A stretch of DNA of 52,413 nucleotides from an uncultured Eubacteriales bacterium (GCA_900317395.1 ONGS01000061.1:1-52413), one strand, 5' to 3'; shown: positions 18,811 through 30,122, counted from the stretch's first letter. Made by a program: numbers and translations. The notes: generated from the sequence alone by a model not told the origin.

Positions 18811-19449
18811 ATGCCGGAAAATAAGAGTGAAAATCCTACAGAAGAAAAAAGAAAACCGAAAAAGCCGGTTCCCGAAAGGAAACAGGAAAAAATAGCAGAA
18901 GAAGAGGAAGAATTATCCGTTAATATCACAGCGTTTATTTTTGAATGGGCTAATGCTTTTATGGTAGCGTTGATTGTGGTGGTACTGCTTCTGACGTTTG
19001 CATTCAGACAGGTGACTGTCAGCGGTTCGTCTATGACAGATACTCTTGCAAGCGGAGACAGGCTGATTATATCCAGTTTTATGTATACACCGCAGTATGG
19101 TGATATCGTTGTGGTAAGTCATGGTGAAAATTATGATGAACCAATTATCAAAAGAGTGATTGCAACGGAAGGTCAGGCATTATCTATCAATTATGATACA
19201 GGTGATGTGAGTGTAGATGGTGTGATCCTTAATGAACCGTACATAAAGGGAACAACTATTAGGCTTAGACATCCGCTTGATATTCCCGACAAGATTCCCG
19301 AAGGATATGTGTTCGTGATGGGTGACAACCGTGAAGGCTCTCTCGACAGTCGAAGCACTGAGATCGGTCTGATCCCTGTCAGCAACATTATAGGCAAGGC
19401 AGAAATCAGGATCTATCCGCTTGCGGAATTCGGAAGTGTATACAATTAA
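18811..19449 (+). CDS. lepB: Signal peptidase I
   Basis: SGSSMTDTL (Ser), KRVIA (Lys), GDNREGSLDSR box. Confidence 0.92.
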   Translation: MPENKSENPTEEKRKPKKPVPERKQEKIAEEEEELSVNITAFIFEWANAFMVALIVVVLLLTFAFRQVTVSGSSMTDTLASGDRLIISSFMYTPQYGDIVVVSHGENYDEPIIKRVIATEGQALSINYDTGDVSVDGVILNEPYIKGTTIRLRHPLDIPDKIPEGYVFVMGDNREGSLDSRSTEIGLIPVSNIIGKAEIRIYPLAEFGSVYN

Positions 19450-19459
19450 GAGGTGTTAT

Positions 19460-20347
19460 ATGGAAGAACTGAAGTCAATACAGTGGTTTCCCGGTCATAT
19501 GACCAAAACCAAAAGAAGGATTGAGTCACAGCTGAAATTGATCGATGCAGTTGCGGTACTGCTTGATGCAAGAGTGCCATTTTCCAGCTGCAACCCTGAT
19601 TTGAAAAGTGTGATTAACAACAAGCCGAGAATCGTTGTGCTGAACAAGTGCGACATGGCGGATCCTTCTCAAACCAAAAAATGGCTTTCGCTTTTCCGAC
19701 AAAAGAACATTGCAGCAATAGCTCTTGACTGTAAATCAGGCAAGGGCTTAAATGCTTTTATCCCGACGGTGAAAAATGTTCTTTCGGATAAAATTAAATC
19801 ATGGGAAGCCAAGGGCATGACAGGGCGTACCATCAAAGTAATGGTGGTAGGTATTCCGAATGTCGGAAAATCATCATTTATCAACAGAATGTCAAAGCAA
19901 AACAGAGCAAAGGTCGAGGACAGACCCGGAGTAACGAGGGGAAATCAGTGGTTTACGATAGGTAAAGGATTTGACCTGCTTGATACGCCGGGGGTATTGT
20001 GGCCGAAATTTGATGATCCCCTTGTGGGGGAAAAGTTGGCATATATTGGTTCTGTTAAGGATGATATACTCGATACAGAACAGCTCAGCGGCAGGCTTCT
20101 GGAGTATCTCAGGGACAATTATCCGGATCCGCTGTGTGCAAGATATAAACTTGTAAAGGAACAGATCATGCCCTTACAGGGATACGAGATACTGGAAATG
20201 ATAGGAAGAAAAAGAGGTATGCTGATTGCGGGTGGAGAAATCAATACGGAAAGGGCAGCAGCAACTGTTCTTGACGAATTCAGAAATGCAACTCTCGGTA
20301 AGCTTACTATAGACAAAGCGGAGGATCATCCCGATGTTAGAGTTTGA
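19460..20347 (+). CDS. rbgA: Ribosome biogenesis GTPase A (YlqF)
   Basis: WFPGHM, circularly permuted G motifs (NKCDM ... GIPNVGKSS ... DTPG). Start at ATG 19460 with an AGAGGTG RBS. Confidence 0.92.
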   Translation: MEELKSIQWFPGHMTKTKRRIESQLKLIDAVAVLLDARVPFSSCNPDLKSVINNKPRIVVLNKCDMADPSQTKKWLSLFRQKNIAAIALDCKSGKGLNAFIPTVKNVLSDKIKSWEAKGMTGRTIKVMVVGIPNVGKSSFINRMSKQNRAKVEDRPGVTRGNQWFTIGKGFDLLDTPGVLWPKFDDPLVGEKLAYIGSVKDDILDTEQLSGRLLEYLRDNYPDPLCARYKLVKEQIMPLQGYEILEMIGRKRGMLIAGGEINTERAAATVLDEFRNATLGKLTIDKAEDHPDVRV

Positions 20348-20945
20348 ACAGTTATACAGGTCGCAGGGATTTAAAGCAATATGCGGTGTAGATGAAGCAG
20401 GTAGAGGACCGCTTGCAGGACCGGTTTTTGCTGCAGCGGTTATACTTCCCGAGGACATGATAATTGAGGGAGTGAATGATTCCAAAAAGCTGACGGAAAA
20501 AAAGCGTGAAAAGCTTTTTGATATCATTAAAGAAAAGGCACTGGCTTATTGCATTGCCAGTGCTTCTGTTGAAGAAATAGAAGAGATGAATATTTTGCAG
20601 GCAGATATGCTTGCAATGAAACGGGCAGTTGATGGGTTAGCTGTCAAGGCAGATTTTGCTATGATAGATGGAAACAAAGCACCGAAACTGGAGATTCCGG
20701 CAGTACCTATCATCAAGGGAGATGCAAAAAGCGAATCCATAGCGGCGGCTTCTATTCTTGCAAAAGTAAGCAGGGACAGACTGATGCTGGAGCTTGCGAA
20801 ACAGTATCCCGAATACGGTTTTGAAAAGCACAAAGGATATGGAACAAAAGCACACAGAGAAGCAATACTGAAATATGGACCGTGTGAAATACACAGAATG
20901 TCTTTCCTCGGTAAAATTTTAGCGGAGAAAGACAATGAGCAATAA
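20334..20945 (+). CDS. rnhB: Ribonuclease HII
   Basis: [19 protein letters not shown] and HKGYGT motifs. Confidence 0.93.
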   Translation: MLEFEQLYRSQGFKAICGVDEAGRGPLAGPVFAAAVILPEDMIIEGVNDSKKLTEKKREKLFDIIKEKALAYCIASASVEEIEEMNILQADMLAMKRAVDGLAVKADFAMIDGNKAPKLEIPAVPIIKGDAKSESIAAASILAKVSRDRLMLELAKQYPEYGFEKHKGYGTKAHREAILKYGPCEIHRMSFLGKILAEKDNEQ

Positions 20946-21330
20946 AACAGCAGCGCAGAAAACGGGAGATTTTGGTGAAAAGGCAGCGGAAAGCTACCTT
21001 AATAAGAAAGGCTTTGAAACTGTCGGAAGAAATTATCATTCCCGTTACGGTGAAATAGACATAATAGCCCAAAACGAACAATATATTGTTTTTGCGGAGG
21101 TTAAAACCAGAAGTACAGCGGCGATTGATCGTCCGAGTGCATGGGTGGACAAGCGCAAGCAGAAAAAACTGATTGTGACAGCGACTATCTATCTTGAGTG
21201 TAACCCGACAGAACTTCAGCCGAGGTTTGATGTAATTGAAGTTATTTATGATAAAAAGACAAAGGTTATCGTCAGCATAGAGCATATTGAAAATGCTTTT
21301 ATTCAGGAGGATGGCTATGCGGCTTTTTAA
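20935..21330 (+). CDS. yraN: YraN-family (UPF0102) endonuclease-like protein
   Basis: GEKAAESYL...YGEIDIIA...FAEVKTR pattern. Canonical position after rnhB. Confidence 0.85.
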   Translation: MSNKTAAQKTGDFGEKAAESYLNKKGFETVGRNYHSRYGEIDIIAQNEQYIVFAEVKTRSTAAIDRPSAWVDKRKQKKLIVTATIYLECNPTELQPRFDVIEVIYDKKTKVIVSIEHIENAFIQEDGYAAF

Positions 21331-21484
21331 TGTATAATGATGGTGTACCGTTATTTTAAGAATGGGAAAGCTTGAATGAGACTGTTGGCGAACAAAATCA
21401 GATTCAGGTAAAAAAACCGGGATTTGTTTCTGTATGAAGAGTTGAGCAAGCTTGAAAATCAGATTGGATTTTCGGAGGGATAAT

Positions 21485-22408
21485 ATGCGTTTATTTGATA
21501 TGCACTGTGATACATTGTACCGTGCTTATACCGAAGAAAGTACACTGTTTGATGACAGCTTTCATATTTCATTCAATAAGATAAAGGGAATTTCGCCCTA
21601 TATCCAGTGTCTTGCGGTATGGATTCCCGATGAGTACAGAGGAGAAGCGGCATGGAAGCTTTTTAAGGGCTGTGTTAGCAAGCTAAAAAAACAGCTTGAA
21701 AATACAGATATCACATGGTGTAAAACAGCGGAAGATATTCGGAATGTCTATGAAAGCAAAGGCAAGGGGATTATTCTTACCGTTGAGGGCGGTGCCGTTC
21801 TCGGCGGCAATATACAAAAAATACAAACCCTTCATGATATCGGTGTGCGTATGATGACACTGACATGGAACGGAAGAAATGAACTTGGTGACGGTATCGG
21901 CGAAACAAATGACAGAGGGCTGACGGATTTTGGAAAAGCGGCTGTGAAAGAAATGGAAAAAGTTGGTATTATCGTTGATATTTCTCATGCAGGCGAAAGA
22001 CTTTTTTGGGATGTAGCGAAAATCACCACCAAGCCGTTTATTGCCTCCCATTCCAATATCAGAACAATTACGCCGCACAAAAGAAATCTGACAGAGGAAC
22101 AGTTTCACGAACTGATTCGTAGGGGCGGCATTACGGGATTGAATTTTTGTGCAGAATTTCTCAATAAAAACAAGACAAATGCGCAAATGTATGATATAAT
22201 AGAACATGCCGAGTATTTTCTGTCTCTTGGGGGCAAAAATAATATTGCTATGGGCGGAGATTTTGACGGTGCCGAGATACCGTTGGATATGCTCGGGATA
22301 GAATCCATGCCGAAACTGTATGAAATGTTTCTTACTCATTTCGGCAGGGAAATTTCAGATGCTATATTTTTCGGCAATGCTTACAGATTCTTTACGGAGA
22401 ATATGTAA
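21485..22408 (+). CDS. Membrane dipeptidase (peptidase M19 family)
   Basis: FDMHCDT N-terminus, TLTWN, DISH, and HSN...GGDFDG motifs. Start at ATG 21485 with a GGAGGG RBS. Confidence 0.8.
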   Translation: MRLFDMHCDTLYRAYTEESTLFDDSFHISFNKIKGISPYIQCLAVWIPDEYRGEAAWKLFKGCVSKLKKQLENTDITWCKTAEDIRNVYESKGKGIILTVEGGAVLGGNIQKIQTLHDIGVRMMTLTWNGRNELGDGIGETNDRGLTDFGKAAVKEMEKVGIIVDISHAGERLFWDVAKITTKPFIASHSNIRTITPHKRNLTEEQFHELIRRGGITGLNFCAEFLNKNKTNAQMYDIIEHAEYFLSLGGKNNIAMGGDFDGAEIPLDMLGIESMPKLYEMFLTHFGREISDAIFFGNAYRFFTENM

Positions 22409-22495
22409 AATTGACGGATATTGCTGCACCAATATTTTGTTGGGGGAGCAATAAAATATAAACCAAATGTAAAATTAAAGAAAGAAGGCAAAACA

Positions 22496-24001
22496 ATGAA
22501 TTACAACAGCACAAGAAACAAAAACGCAGTTGTAACGGCTTCACAGGCTATTGCACAGGGTATTTCGGAAGAAGGAGGTCTTTTCGTTCCTCAGGAGCTT
22601 CCGAAGTATACACTTGATGATATCAAAGCTCTTGCCGCAACAGATTACAAAGGCAGAGCAAAGAAAATTTTGGGCGATTTCCTTTCGGATTTCACCGAAG
22701 AAGAAATCAATGAAAGTGTAGAAGCGGCTTATACTGCAGAGAAATTCGGTTCGGATGATCCTGCACCGATCTCTTATATTGAATGTGGTGACAAGAAAAT
22801 TTCTCTTCTTGAACTCTGGCATGGTCCGACATCCGCATTTAAGGATATGGCACTCCAGATTTTGCCGCACCTTCTGACAAAGTCTGTTAAAAAGACTTAC
22901 AACGGCAAAGAAGCTGTTATCCTTGTTGCAACAAGCGGTGACACGGGTAAAGCGGCACTGGAAGGATTCAAAGATGTTGATGGTACAAAAATTATCGTGT
23001 TCTATCCTGTAGACGGTGTTTCTCCTATGCAGAAAAGACAGATGGCAACGCAGAAGGGTGAAAATGTTAGTGTTGTTGCAATTAAGGGTAATTTTGACGA
23101 TGCTCAGACAGGCGTGAAGAAGATATTTACCAATGCGGAAATTAAAAATAAGCTTGCGGAAAACAATATGCTTTTCTCAAGTGCAAACTCTATCAACTGG
23201 GGCAGACTTCTTCCACAGATCGTTTACTATTTTTCGGCTTACAGCGATATGGTAAATGAGGGTAAGATACAGCTTGGTGATAAGATCAATGTTGCTGTGC
23301 CGACAGGTAACTTCGGTAATATTCTTGCTTCCTTCTATGCTATGAATATGGGACTCCCGATCAATAAGTTTATCTGTGCTTCTAACGCTAACAATGTTCT
23401 GACCGATTTTATCAGAACAGGTACTTATGATAAGAAGAGACAGTTCTATACCACAATTTCTCCGTCAATGGATATTCTTGTTTCCAGTAACCTTGAAAGA
23501 CTGCTGTATCATCTTACCGACGGCAATGACAAAAAGGTAGCGGAGCTGATGAAGGCTCTCAGTGAAAACGGCGTTTACACTGTTGACGAGGAAATCAAAG
23601 CAAAGCTTGACAAGTATTTCTGGGGCGGCTTCTGCGATGACGAAAACACAAAGAAAACAATCGGCAGTCTTTACGAAAAGGAAAATTATCTTGCAGATAC
23701 ACATACAGCTGTTGCGGTAAACGTATATAATCAGTATGTTGAGGAAACAGGCGATAAGACTCCGACAGTCATTGCTTCTACTGCAAGTCCGTATAAATTT
23801 GCGAAATCCGTTCTTACTTCCATTACGGACGAAGCACTTCCTGAAGATGAATTTGCGATGGTTGACGAGCTTTCCGCAAAAACAAAAACAAAAGTTCCTG
23901 CACCACTTGCTGCTCTGAAAGATGCTGAGGAAAGATTCAGTTTTGCGTGTGAAGTAGACGAAATGCCGCAGACAGTTCTCAACGGTTTGTCAATCAACTG
24001 A
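22496..24001 (+). CDS. thrC: Threonine synthase (long form)
   Basis: PLP-lysine motif GPTSAFKD, ATSGDTG, NSINWGR motifs. Start at ATG 22496. Confidence 0.9.
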   Translation: MNYNSTRNKNAVVTASQAIAQGISEEGGLFVPQELPKYTLDDIKALAATDYKGRAKKILGDFLSDFTEEEINESVEAAYTAEKFGSDDPAPISYIECGDKKISLLELWHGPTSAFKDMALQILPHLLTKSVKKTYNGKEAVILVATSGDTGKAALEGFKDVDGTKIIVFYPVDGVSPMQKRQMATQKGENVSVVAIKGNFDDAQTGVKKIFTNAEIKNKLAENNMLFSSANSINWGRLLPQIVYYFSAYSDMVNEGKIQLGDKINVAVPTGNFGNILASFYAMNMGLPINKFICASNANNVLTDFIRTGTYDKKRQFYTTISPSMDILVSSNLERLLYHLTDGNDKKVAELMKALSENGVYTVDEEIKAKLDKYFWGGFCDDENTKKTIGSLYEKENYLADTHTAVAVNVYNQYVEETGDKTPTVIASTASPYKFAKSVLTSITDEALPEDEFAMVDELSAKTKTKVPAPLAALKDAEERFSFACEVDEMPQTVLNGLSIN

Positions 24002-24002
24002 T

Positions 24003-24692
24003 ATGGCAGTATATACAATAGCAGATTTGCATTTGTCTTTCGGAACGGATAAGCCGATGGATGTATTTCCCGGTTGGACGAATTACACTGAAAGAATTGA
24101 AAAAAACTGGCAGAAACTTGTTACCGACGAAGATACGGTCGTGATATCAGGAGATATTTCATGGGCAATGGATCTGACAGAAACTTATAATGACTTTGAT
24201 TTTATCAACAGGCTCAACGGAAAGAAAATCCTGCTCAAAGGCAACCATGATTACTGGTGGACGACAAAATCCAAAATGGACAGATATCTGAAAGACAGCG
24301 GCTTTGACAGTATGTCAATTCTGCATAATAATTATTATGTTGCTGATGGTCTGGCACTTTGCGGTTCAAGAGGTTGGTTTTATGATGCAGAAACAGATGC
24401 CGATATGAAAGTACTGAACAGAGAAGTCGGCAGACTGAGAATGTCCATAGAGCCTGCTGTAAAGGCAGGTTACGAGCCGATCGTATTTCTGCATTATCCG
24501 CCGATCTACAATAATACCGAGTGTGCGGAAATTATGGATGTTCTCAGACAGTACAACATAAAAAAATGCTTTTATGGTCATATTCACGGAGGCATTGCCG
24601 CAAAAAGAGCGTTTATCGGTGAACGTGACGGCATCAGCTTCAGGTTGATTGCTTGCGACCACCTCGGCTTTACGCCGCTGGCGGTACTGTGA
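24003..24692 (+). CDS. Metallophosphoesterase
   Basis: DLHL, GDISW, GNHDYWW and GHIH motifs of the calcineurin-like phosphoesterase fold. Confidence 0.85.
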   Translation: MAVYTIADLHLSFGTDKPMDVFPGWTNYTERIEKNWQKLVTDEDTVVISGDISWAMDLTETYNDFDFINRLNGKKILLKGNHDYWWTTKSKMDRYLKDSGFDSMSILHNNYYVADGLALCGSRGWFYDAETDADMKVLNREVGRLRMSIEPAVKAGYEPIVFLHYPPIYNNTECAEIMDVLRQYNIKKCFYGHIHGGIAAKRAFIGERDGISFRLIACDHLGFTPLAVL

Positions 24693-24782
24693 TCCCGAAA
24701 AGTACAATTTAGTGTACATAATCGGTAAAACAGAAGCATGGCAATGAATTTATGCAATGTGAAAACTTAAGCGCGAAGCGGA

Positions 24783-24899
24783 GTGCCTCCGCAGTCAATT
24801 CGGTCACGCACCCGGGCACGTAGATGGTGTAAAATAAATCCGGAACTTTACGAGCGGCGTTAAATTAACGGTTCGTAAAATGTTGCAGCGTAATTGACA
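24783..24899. repeat. Copy of the shuffled intergenic module family (B, A, inverted B-like)
   Basis: GTGCCTCCGCAGTCAATTCG (24783-24802) and GATGGTGTAAAATAAATCCGGAACTTTACGAGCGGC (24823-24858) are the reverse-complement relatives of the 5424..5507 modules. CGTAAAATGTTGCAGCGTAATTGACA (24874-24899) is near-identical to 37209..37236. Confidence 0.6.
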
Positions 24900-24925
24900 G
24901 CGCAGTACTGTGCTGCATATTTTGC

Positions 24926-24954
24926 TTGACTATTAGGAGCAGTTGTATTATAAT
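24926..24954 (+). promoter_or_regulatory. tig promoter
   Basis: TTGACT, 17-nt spacer, TATAAT. It gives a ~130-nt leader. Confidence 0.6.
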
Positions 24955-25088
24955 GTAAATTGGTCAGCCTTATTGATTGCGGCATTGCCGCCCGGGACGG
25001 GTCACCGTTGGACGCCTTAAAGCTGACTGTGGAAGAAATTCTGCAAAAATAAAGGAGCATAAAAGCTCCAATCTGGAGGAAAATAAAA

Positions 25089-26384
25089 ATGTCACTTAAA
25101 TCATCAAACAAGGTAGAAACAAACCGCTACGAACTCGTTGTCGAGATTGACGGCGAAACTTTTATGAAGGCTGTTGATGCAGTTTATAAAAGACAGGTAA
25201 AAAATATCAATATCCCGGGCTTCCGCAAGGGTAAAGCACCGAGAAGATTGATTGAAAAGGAATACGGCGAAGGCGTATTCTATGAAGATGCAATCAAGAA
25301 TCTTTATCCTGCCGCTATCGTTGAGGCTGCAGAAGAAGCAGGTCTGAATATCGTAAGAGATAAAGTAGACCTTGATATTGAAGAAGCAGGCAAGGACGGT
25401 CTTACCTTTAAGGCTGTGATTACAGTTGAGCCTGAGGTTGAGATTAAGGATTATAAGGGAATCGAGTATACACCGACTTCTCTTGAAGTAACGGATGAAG
25501 ATATCGATGAAGAAATCAAGAAGGTTCAGAAGAGAAACAGCCGCCTTGTAACGGTTGAGGACAGAGAAGCACAGAATGAGGATATCGCTGTGATCGACTT
25601 CAAGGGAATTCTTGACGGCGAAGCTTTTGAGGGTGGTTCTGCTGAAAATTACAGCTTGACTCTCGGCAGCGGTGCATTTATCCCCGGATTTGAGGAGCAG
25701 GTTGTTGGCCATAAGTCAGGCGAAGAATTTACGATTGATGTAACATTCCCTGAGGATTATCAGGCTGACGAGCTGAAAGGCAAGGCAGTACAGTTTGAGA
25801 TCAAACTCCACGAGATTAAAACACATGAGCTTCCCGAGGTTGATGACGAGTTTGTCAAGGATGTCAGCGAGTTTGAAACGGTTGACGAATACAAGGCTGA
25901 CCTCAAAACAAAGCTGGAAGAGTCCAAAAAGACAAACGCTGACAACAGTAAGGAACAGCAGATTGCAGAAAAGCTGACAGAGCTTCTTGAGGCTGAAATT
26001 CCTGAGGCTATGTATGACAACCAGCTTGACCACATTATCGACGAGTTTGCAATGAACCTCAGATCACAGGGTATTGACCTTAACACATATATGCAGTACA
26101 CGGGTCTGACAGAGGATAAACTCCGTGAAACCTATTATGACAGAGCAGAAACACAGGTAAAACTCAGACTGGCTCTTAAAAAGATTGCAGAGCTGGAAGG
26201 TCTGAAAGCAAGCGATGAAGATGTAGAAGCAAAATACAATGAGCTTGCTGAAACATACAAGGTCGATGTTTCAAGAGTAAAGGCTGCATTTGACAAGAAA
26301 GATATTGCAGGAGATATCGAAACTGAAAGAGCAATGAACTTTGTCAAGGAAAATGCTGTTGAAAAAGCAGCTGACGCAGAGTAA
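25089..26384 (+). CDS. tig: Trigger factor
   Basis: GFRKGKAP ribosome-binding motif, central FKBP-type PPIase region (IPGFEEQVVGHK), tig-clpP-clpX synteny. Confidence 0.95.
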   Translation: MSLKSSNKVETNRYELVVEIDGETFMKAVDAVYKRQVKNINIPGFRKGKAPRRLIEKEYGEGVFYEDAIKNLYPAAIVEAAEEAGLNIVRDKVDLDIEEAGKDGLTFKAVITVEPEVEIKDYKGIEYTPTSLEVTDEDIDEEIKKVQKRNSRLVTVEDREAQNEDIAVIDFKGILDGEAFEGGSAENYSLTLGSGAFIPGFEEQVVGHKSGEEFTIDVTFPEDYQADELKGKAVQFEIKLHEIKTHELPEVDDEFVKDVSEFETVDEYKADLKTKLEESKKTNADNSKEQQIAEKLTELLEAEIPEAMYDNQLDHIIDEFAMNLRSQGIDLNTYMQYTGLTEDKLRETYYDRAETQVKLRLALKKIAELEGLKASDEDVEAKYNELAETYKVDVSRVKAAFDKKDIAGDIETERAMNFVKENAVEKAADAE

Positions 26385-26407
26385 TGCGGATGATATTTTA
26401 AAGAAAC

Positions 26408-26440
26408 AGATACAAGGCGTGATTAAAACGCCTTGTATCT
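26408..26440 (+). terminator. 12-bp hairpin after tig (partial terminator/attenuator, no T-run)
   Basis: AGATACAAGGCG-N9-CGCCTTGTATCT. It lacks a following U-tract, so read-through into clpP is likely. Confidence 0.45.
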
Positions 26441-26476
26441 GTCAAATATTAAATAAGCGAAACGGAGGTTTTCGGT

Positions 26477-27058
26477 ATGGCTTTAATACCTTATGTAGTT
26501 GAACAGACAAACAGGGGCGAGCGTTCCTACGATATTTATTCAAGACTTCTCAATGACAGAATTATTATGCTGACAGAGGAAGTCAATAACGCTTCTGCAA
26601 GCGTTATTGTTGCTCAGCTTCTTTATCTTGAAGGACAGGATTCTACAAAGGATATCAGTCTTTATATCAACAGCCCGGGCGGCTCAGTCACCGATGGTAT
26701 GGCGATTTATGATACCATGCAGTATATCAAATGCGATGTTTCCACGATTTGTATGGGTATGGCAGCAAGTATGGGTGCATTCCTTCTTGCAGCAGGTGCA
26801 AAGGGCAAGCGTTTTGCGCTTCCGAACAGTGATATTATGATCCACCAGCCCAGCGGCGGCGCACAGGGTCAGGCAACGGATATTATGATTCATGCCGACC
26901 ATATCGTTCAGACAAAGAAGAAATTGAATACAATTTTGTCCGAGAAAACAGGTCAGCCGTATGATATTATCGCAAGGGATACAGAGCGTGACAACTTTAT
27001 GACTGCTCAGCAGGCTCTGGAGTACGGTTTGATCGACAAGGTTATAACACAACGATAA
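26477..27058 (+). CDS. clpP: ATP-dependent Clp protease proteolytic subunit
   Basis: Ser-His-Asp context ([16 protein letters not shown]), [14 protein letters not shown]-terminus. Confidence 0.97.
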   Translation: MALIPYVVEQTNRGERSYDIYSRLLNDRIIMLTEEVNNASASVIVAQLLYLEGQDSTKDISLYINSPGGSVTDGMAIYDTMQYIKCDVSTICMGMAASMGAFLLAAGAKGKRFALPNSDIMIHQPSGGAQGQATDIMIHADHIVQTKKKLNTILSEKTGQPYDIIARDTERDNFMTAQQALEYGLIDKVITQR

Positions 27059-27070
27059 GGAGCTGCGTAA

Positions 27071-28387
27071 ATGCCCAATATAGATGATAAGAGAATGATC
27101 ACTTGTTCCTTCTGCGGAAAACCGCAGGAAATTGTCGGAAGATTGTTTCAGGGTTCGGGTGCCTATATCTGTGACGAATGTGTCATGCTTTGTTCCTCGC
27201 TTCTCAGAAGTGACGGAGAATTTGACGACAGCTTTGACGGTGAGTATTTCGAGAACTTTAGTGACCTTCCTAAGCCGATGGAAATTAAGGCTATGCTTGA
27301 CGATTATGTGATCGGTCAGGACGAAGCTAAAGTTTCTCTTGCGGTTTCGGTATACAATCACTATAAAAGAATCAATTACCAGAACGAAGATGATGTTGCA
27401 CTGAACAAGAGCAATATTCTTCTTCTCGGCCCGTCGGGTGTCGGTAAAACACTTCTTGCACAGACACTGGCGAAAATACTGGATGTTCCGTTTGCGATTG
27501 CAGATGCTACGACCCTAACAGAAGCAGGTTATGTCGGCGAGGATGTTGAAAACATTCTTCTGCGGCTGATACAGGCGGCAGACTTTGATATTGCAAAAGC
27601 CGAAAGAGGCATTATTTATGTGGATGAAATAGATAAAATTGCAAGAAAATCTGAAAACCCCTCCATTACCCGTGATGTAAGCGGTGAGGGCGTACAGCAG
27701 GCTCTCCTGAAAATACTTGAGGGGACAGTGTCCAATGTTCCTCCGCAGGGAGGAAGAAAGCATCCTCAACAGGATTTTATACAGATCGACACGACAAATA
27801 TTCTGTTTATATGTGGCGGTGCTTTTGACGGTTTGGAAAAGACTGTTGAAAAGCGTTTGGGTTCGTCATCTTTCGGATTCAACGCCGATATCAAATCCAA
27901 AGTTGAGCTTGATACTACAAGCTGGATGCAGGATGTGATTCCGCAGGATCTGGTCAAATTCGGTTTGATCCCCGAGCTTGTCGGACGACTTCCGGTTGTA
28001 ACAGCATTGAACGGTCTTGACGAAAATGCACTTGTTCGTATTCTCAAAGAGCCGAAGGATTCACTAATCAAGCAGTATACTAAGCTGTTTGCTATGGATA
28101 CGGTAAGCCTTGAATTTGAAGAAAATGCACTTCTTGAAATTGCAAGAAAAGCGATCGAAAGACATACAGGTGCAAGAGGACTGCGTTCTATTATGGAAGA
28201 GCTTCTGAAAAACCTGATGTATGAAGCACCGTCCGACGAAACGATTTCAAAAATCGTAATTACGGCAGATTCTGTAAAAGGTGACGGCGAGCCAATTGTG
28301 GAAAGAACGAAAAGCAAGAAGAAAGGTCGCAAATCGGCTGATGCTTCAAAAACTACCAAAAAGAAAGCAAAACGTGATACAGCGTAA
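27071..28387 (+). CDS. clpX: ATP-dependent Clp protease ATP-binding subunit ClpX
   Basis: Zinc finger CSFCGK...CDEC, Walker A GPSGVGKT, Walker [16 protein letters not shown] sensor. A Lys-rich C-terminal tail is present. Confidence 0.97.
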   Translation: MPNIDDKRMITCSFCGKPQEIVGRLFQGSGAYICDECVMLCSSLLRSDGEFDDSFDGEYFENFSDLPKPMEIKAMLDDYVIGQDEAKVSLAVSVYNHYKRINYQNEDDVALNKSNILLLGPSGVGKTLLAQTLAKILDVPFAIADATTLTEAGYVGEDVENILLRLIQAADFDIAKAERGIIYVDEIDKIARKSENPSITRDVSGEGVQQALLKILEGTVSNVPPQGGRKHPQQDFIQIDTTNILFICGGAFDGLEKTVEKRLGSSSFGFNADIKSKVELDTTSWMQDVIPQDLVKFGLIPELVGRLPVVTALNGLDENALVRILKEPKDSLIKQYTKLFAMDTVSLEFEENALLEIARKAIERHTGARGLRSIMEELLKNLMYEAPSDETISKIVITADSVKGDGEPIVERTKSKKKGRKSADASKTTKKKAKRDTA

Positions 28388-28394
28388 GTAAGAT

Positions 28395-28420
28395 GAGCGG
28401 AAACTTTGTTTCCGCTCTTT
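28395..28420 (+). terminator. Rho-independent terminator (short T-run)
   Basis: GAGCGGAAAC-TTT-GTTTCCGCTC followed by TTT. Confidence 0.6.
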
Positions 28421-28445
28421 ATCATTAAAGACAAGGAGTGTTGAG

Positions 28446-29144
28446 ATGAGATATACCACATTATTAATGGATGCCGATGATACAATTTTTGATTTTCCGC
28501 AGTGCGAGTATCATGCACTGAAAAACACATTGGAGTATTATGACCTTGCTTTCAGCAAGGAAGTTTATCATAAATTTAGCGGTATCAATGCAAAGCTCTG
28601 GAAAAAATTTGAAGTGAATGAAATTACACGCTCCGAATTAAGAATACAGCGTTTCCGTGAGCTGATCGAAAAGTGCTTTGATAGTTTTGAGAAAGTCGAA
28701 AAGCTGGCAGACACATATGTTGAAAAGCTTTCCGAGCAGGCAATATTGCTTGATGGTGCATACGAGGCAGTGGAAGAATTATCAAAGCATTATCGTATCT
28801 ATATCATTACCAACGGTTTAAAGCCTGTTCAGCGTGGACGTTTTGCAAGGACGGAGCTTACGAAGTTTATCCAAAAGCTATATATTTCCGATGAAATGAA
28901 TGTGCAGAAACCAAGCAAGGCATTTTTTGATCATGTGCTGAACGATATACCTGAAAAAGACAAAAGTAGAATTCTTGTTGTGGGAGATTCGCTGACTTCC
29001 GATATGCAGGGCGGCAAAAATGCAGGACTTGCGACCTGCTTATATGACCCGAAAAACAAAACAGCAATGCCGCATGAATTGTGCGATTATAAAATTACGA
29101 AACTTACGGATATTCTGAAAATCGATTCGGAGGGCAGTTTATGA
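28446..29144 (+). CDS. HAD-superfamily hydrolase (YjjG-like nucleotidase subfamily, tentative)
   Basis: DxD motif LMDADDT, ITNG, and VGDSLTSDMQGG motif III. Confidence 0.75.
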   Translation: MRYTTLLMDADDTIFDFPQCEYHALKNTLEYYDLAFSKEVYHKFSGINAKLWKKFEVNEITRSELRIQRFRELIEKCFDSFEKVEKLADTYVEKLSEQAILLDGAYEAVEELSKHYRIYIITNGLKPVQRGRFARTELTKFIQKLYISDEMNVQKPSKAFFDHVLNDIPEKDKSRILVVGDSLTSDMQGGKNAGLATCLYDPKNKTAMPHELCDYKITKLTDILKIDSEGSL

Positions 29145-29986
29145 AATTTACTGTACCGCAGGAGCTTGACGGAATCACAGTACAGAACTTTCTGCGAAAG
29201 CACTGCTTTGTTTCCGCTCGTATGTTGACAAAGCTGAAGCGTGTTGAAAACGGAATCACGCTTGACGGTAAGCTCATCAGAAGCATTGATATTCTTCATG
29301 GCGGTGATACAGTCAAACTAATTCTTCCAAAAGAAAGTGTACATATTGAACCTGTGAACTTGCCGCTTGATATTGTTTACGAGGATGAATGGCTGATCGT
29401 TTACAATAAACCGCCGTTCATGCCCGTGCATCCGGTCCGCGACCACCAGCTTGACACACTTGCCAATGCAGCGGCCTTTCATGCGGCAAAGATGGGAGAG
29501 AACTATACATTTCATGCAATTAACCGACTGGACAAAGATACATCAGGCTTGGTGCTTGCGGCAAAAAACGCCTACAGTGCATCGTTTCTTCCAAACCATA
29601 CAGAAAAGCGCTATATTGCACTTTGTGAGGGGAAAATTACAGGTAGCGGAACAATAGATGCACCCTTGCGGCTGAAAGAGGGGCATACCATACAGCGTGA
29701 GATAGGAGAAGGCGGTGTCCGTGCGGTAACGCATTATACTGCGGTGAAAAATTATGGAGAGGATTATACTCTGCTTGAAATTCGTCTTGAAACAGGCAGA
29801 ACGCATCAAATTAGGGCGCATTTTTCGTGTATCGGTCATCCGCTTGCCGGAGATGATATGTACGGTGGTAGTAGAGAGCGTTTTCCTCGCCAATGTCTGC
29901 ACTGTGCGGAACTGTGTTTTACTCATCCTGGAAGCGGCGAAAAAATGACAATAAGAAAAGAATTCGATTTTTTTGAAGACAATTGA
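29141..29986 (+). CDS. RluA-family 23S rRNA/tRNA pseudouridine synthase
   Basis: N-terminal S4-like region, catalytic NRLDKDTSG, TGRTHQIR motif. Confidence 0.88.
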   Translation: MKFTVPQELDGITVQNFLRKHCFVSARMLTKLKRVENGITLDGKLIRSIDILHGGDTVKLILPKESVHIEPVNLPLDIVYEDEWLIVYNKPPFMPVHPVRDHQLDTLANAAAFHAAKMGENYTFHAINRLDKDTSGLVLAAKNAYSASFLPNHTEKRYIALCEGKITGSGTIDAPLRLKEGHTIQREIGEGGVRAVTHYTAVKNYGEDYTLLEIRLETGRTHQIRAHFSCIGHPLAGDDMYGGSRERFPRQCLHCAELCFTHPGSGEKMTIRKEFDFFEDN

Positions 29987-30030
29987 TTAATTTGGTATTA
30001 TTGAAAAAGCTTACATAGAGTTTTGTGAAG

Positions 30031-30064
30031 AAAACCTCGTTCCTGATAAAGGAACGAGGTTTTA
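30031..30064 (+). terminator. Rho-independent terminator
   Basis: AACCTCGTTCC-N7-GGAACGAGGTT followed by TTT. Confidence 0.8.
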
Positions 30065-30122
30065 TAGTATTCAATTATTATTTTTGTTCTTAAAATAATG
30101 CTCCGTGCATATATTTAAATAT

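Noticed and set aside
24860-25111. Track ORF 24860..25111 (-, 83 aa) in the tig upstream region.
   Set aside because: It overlaps the tig promoter, leader and start codon on the opposite strand. It has no RBS and no recognisable family.
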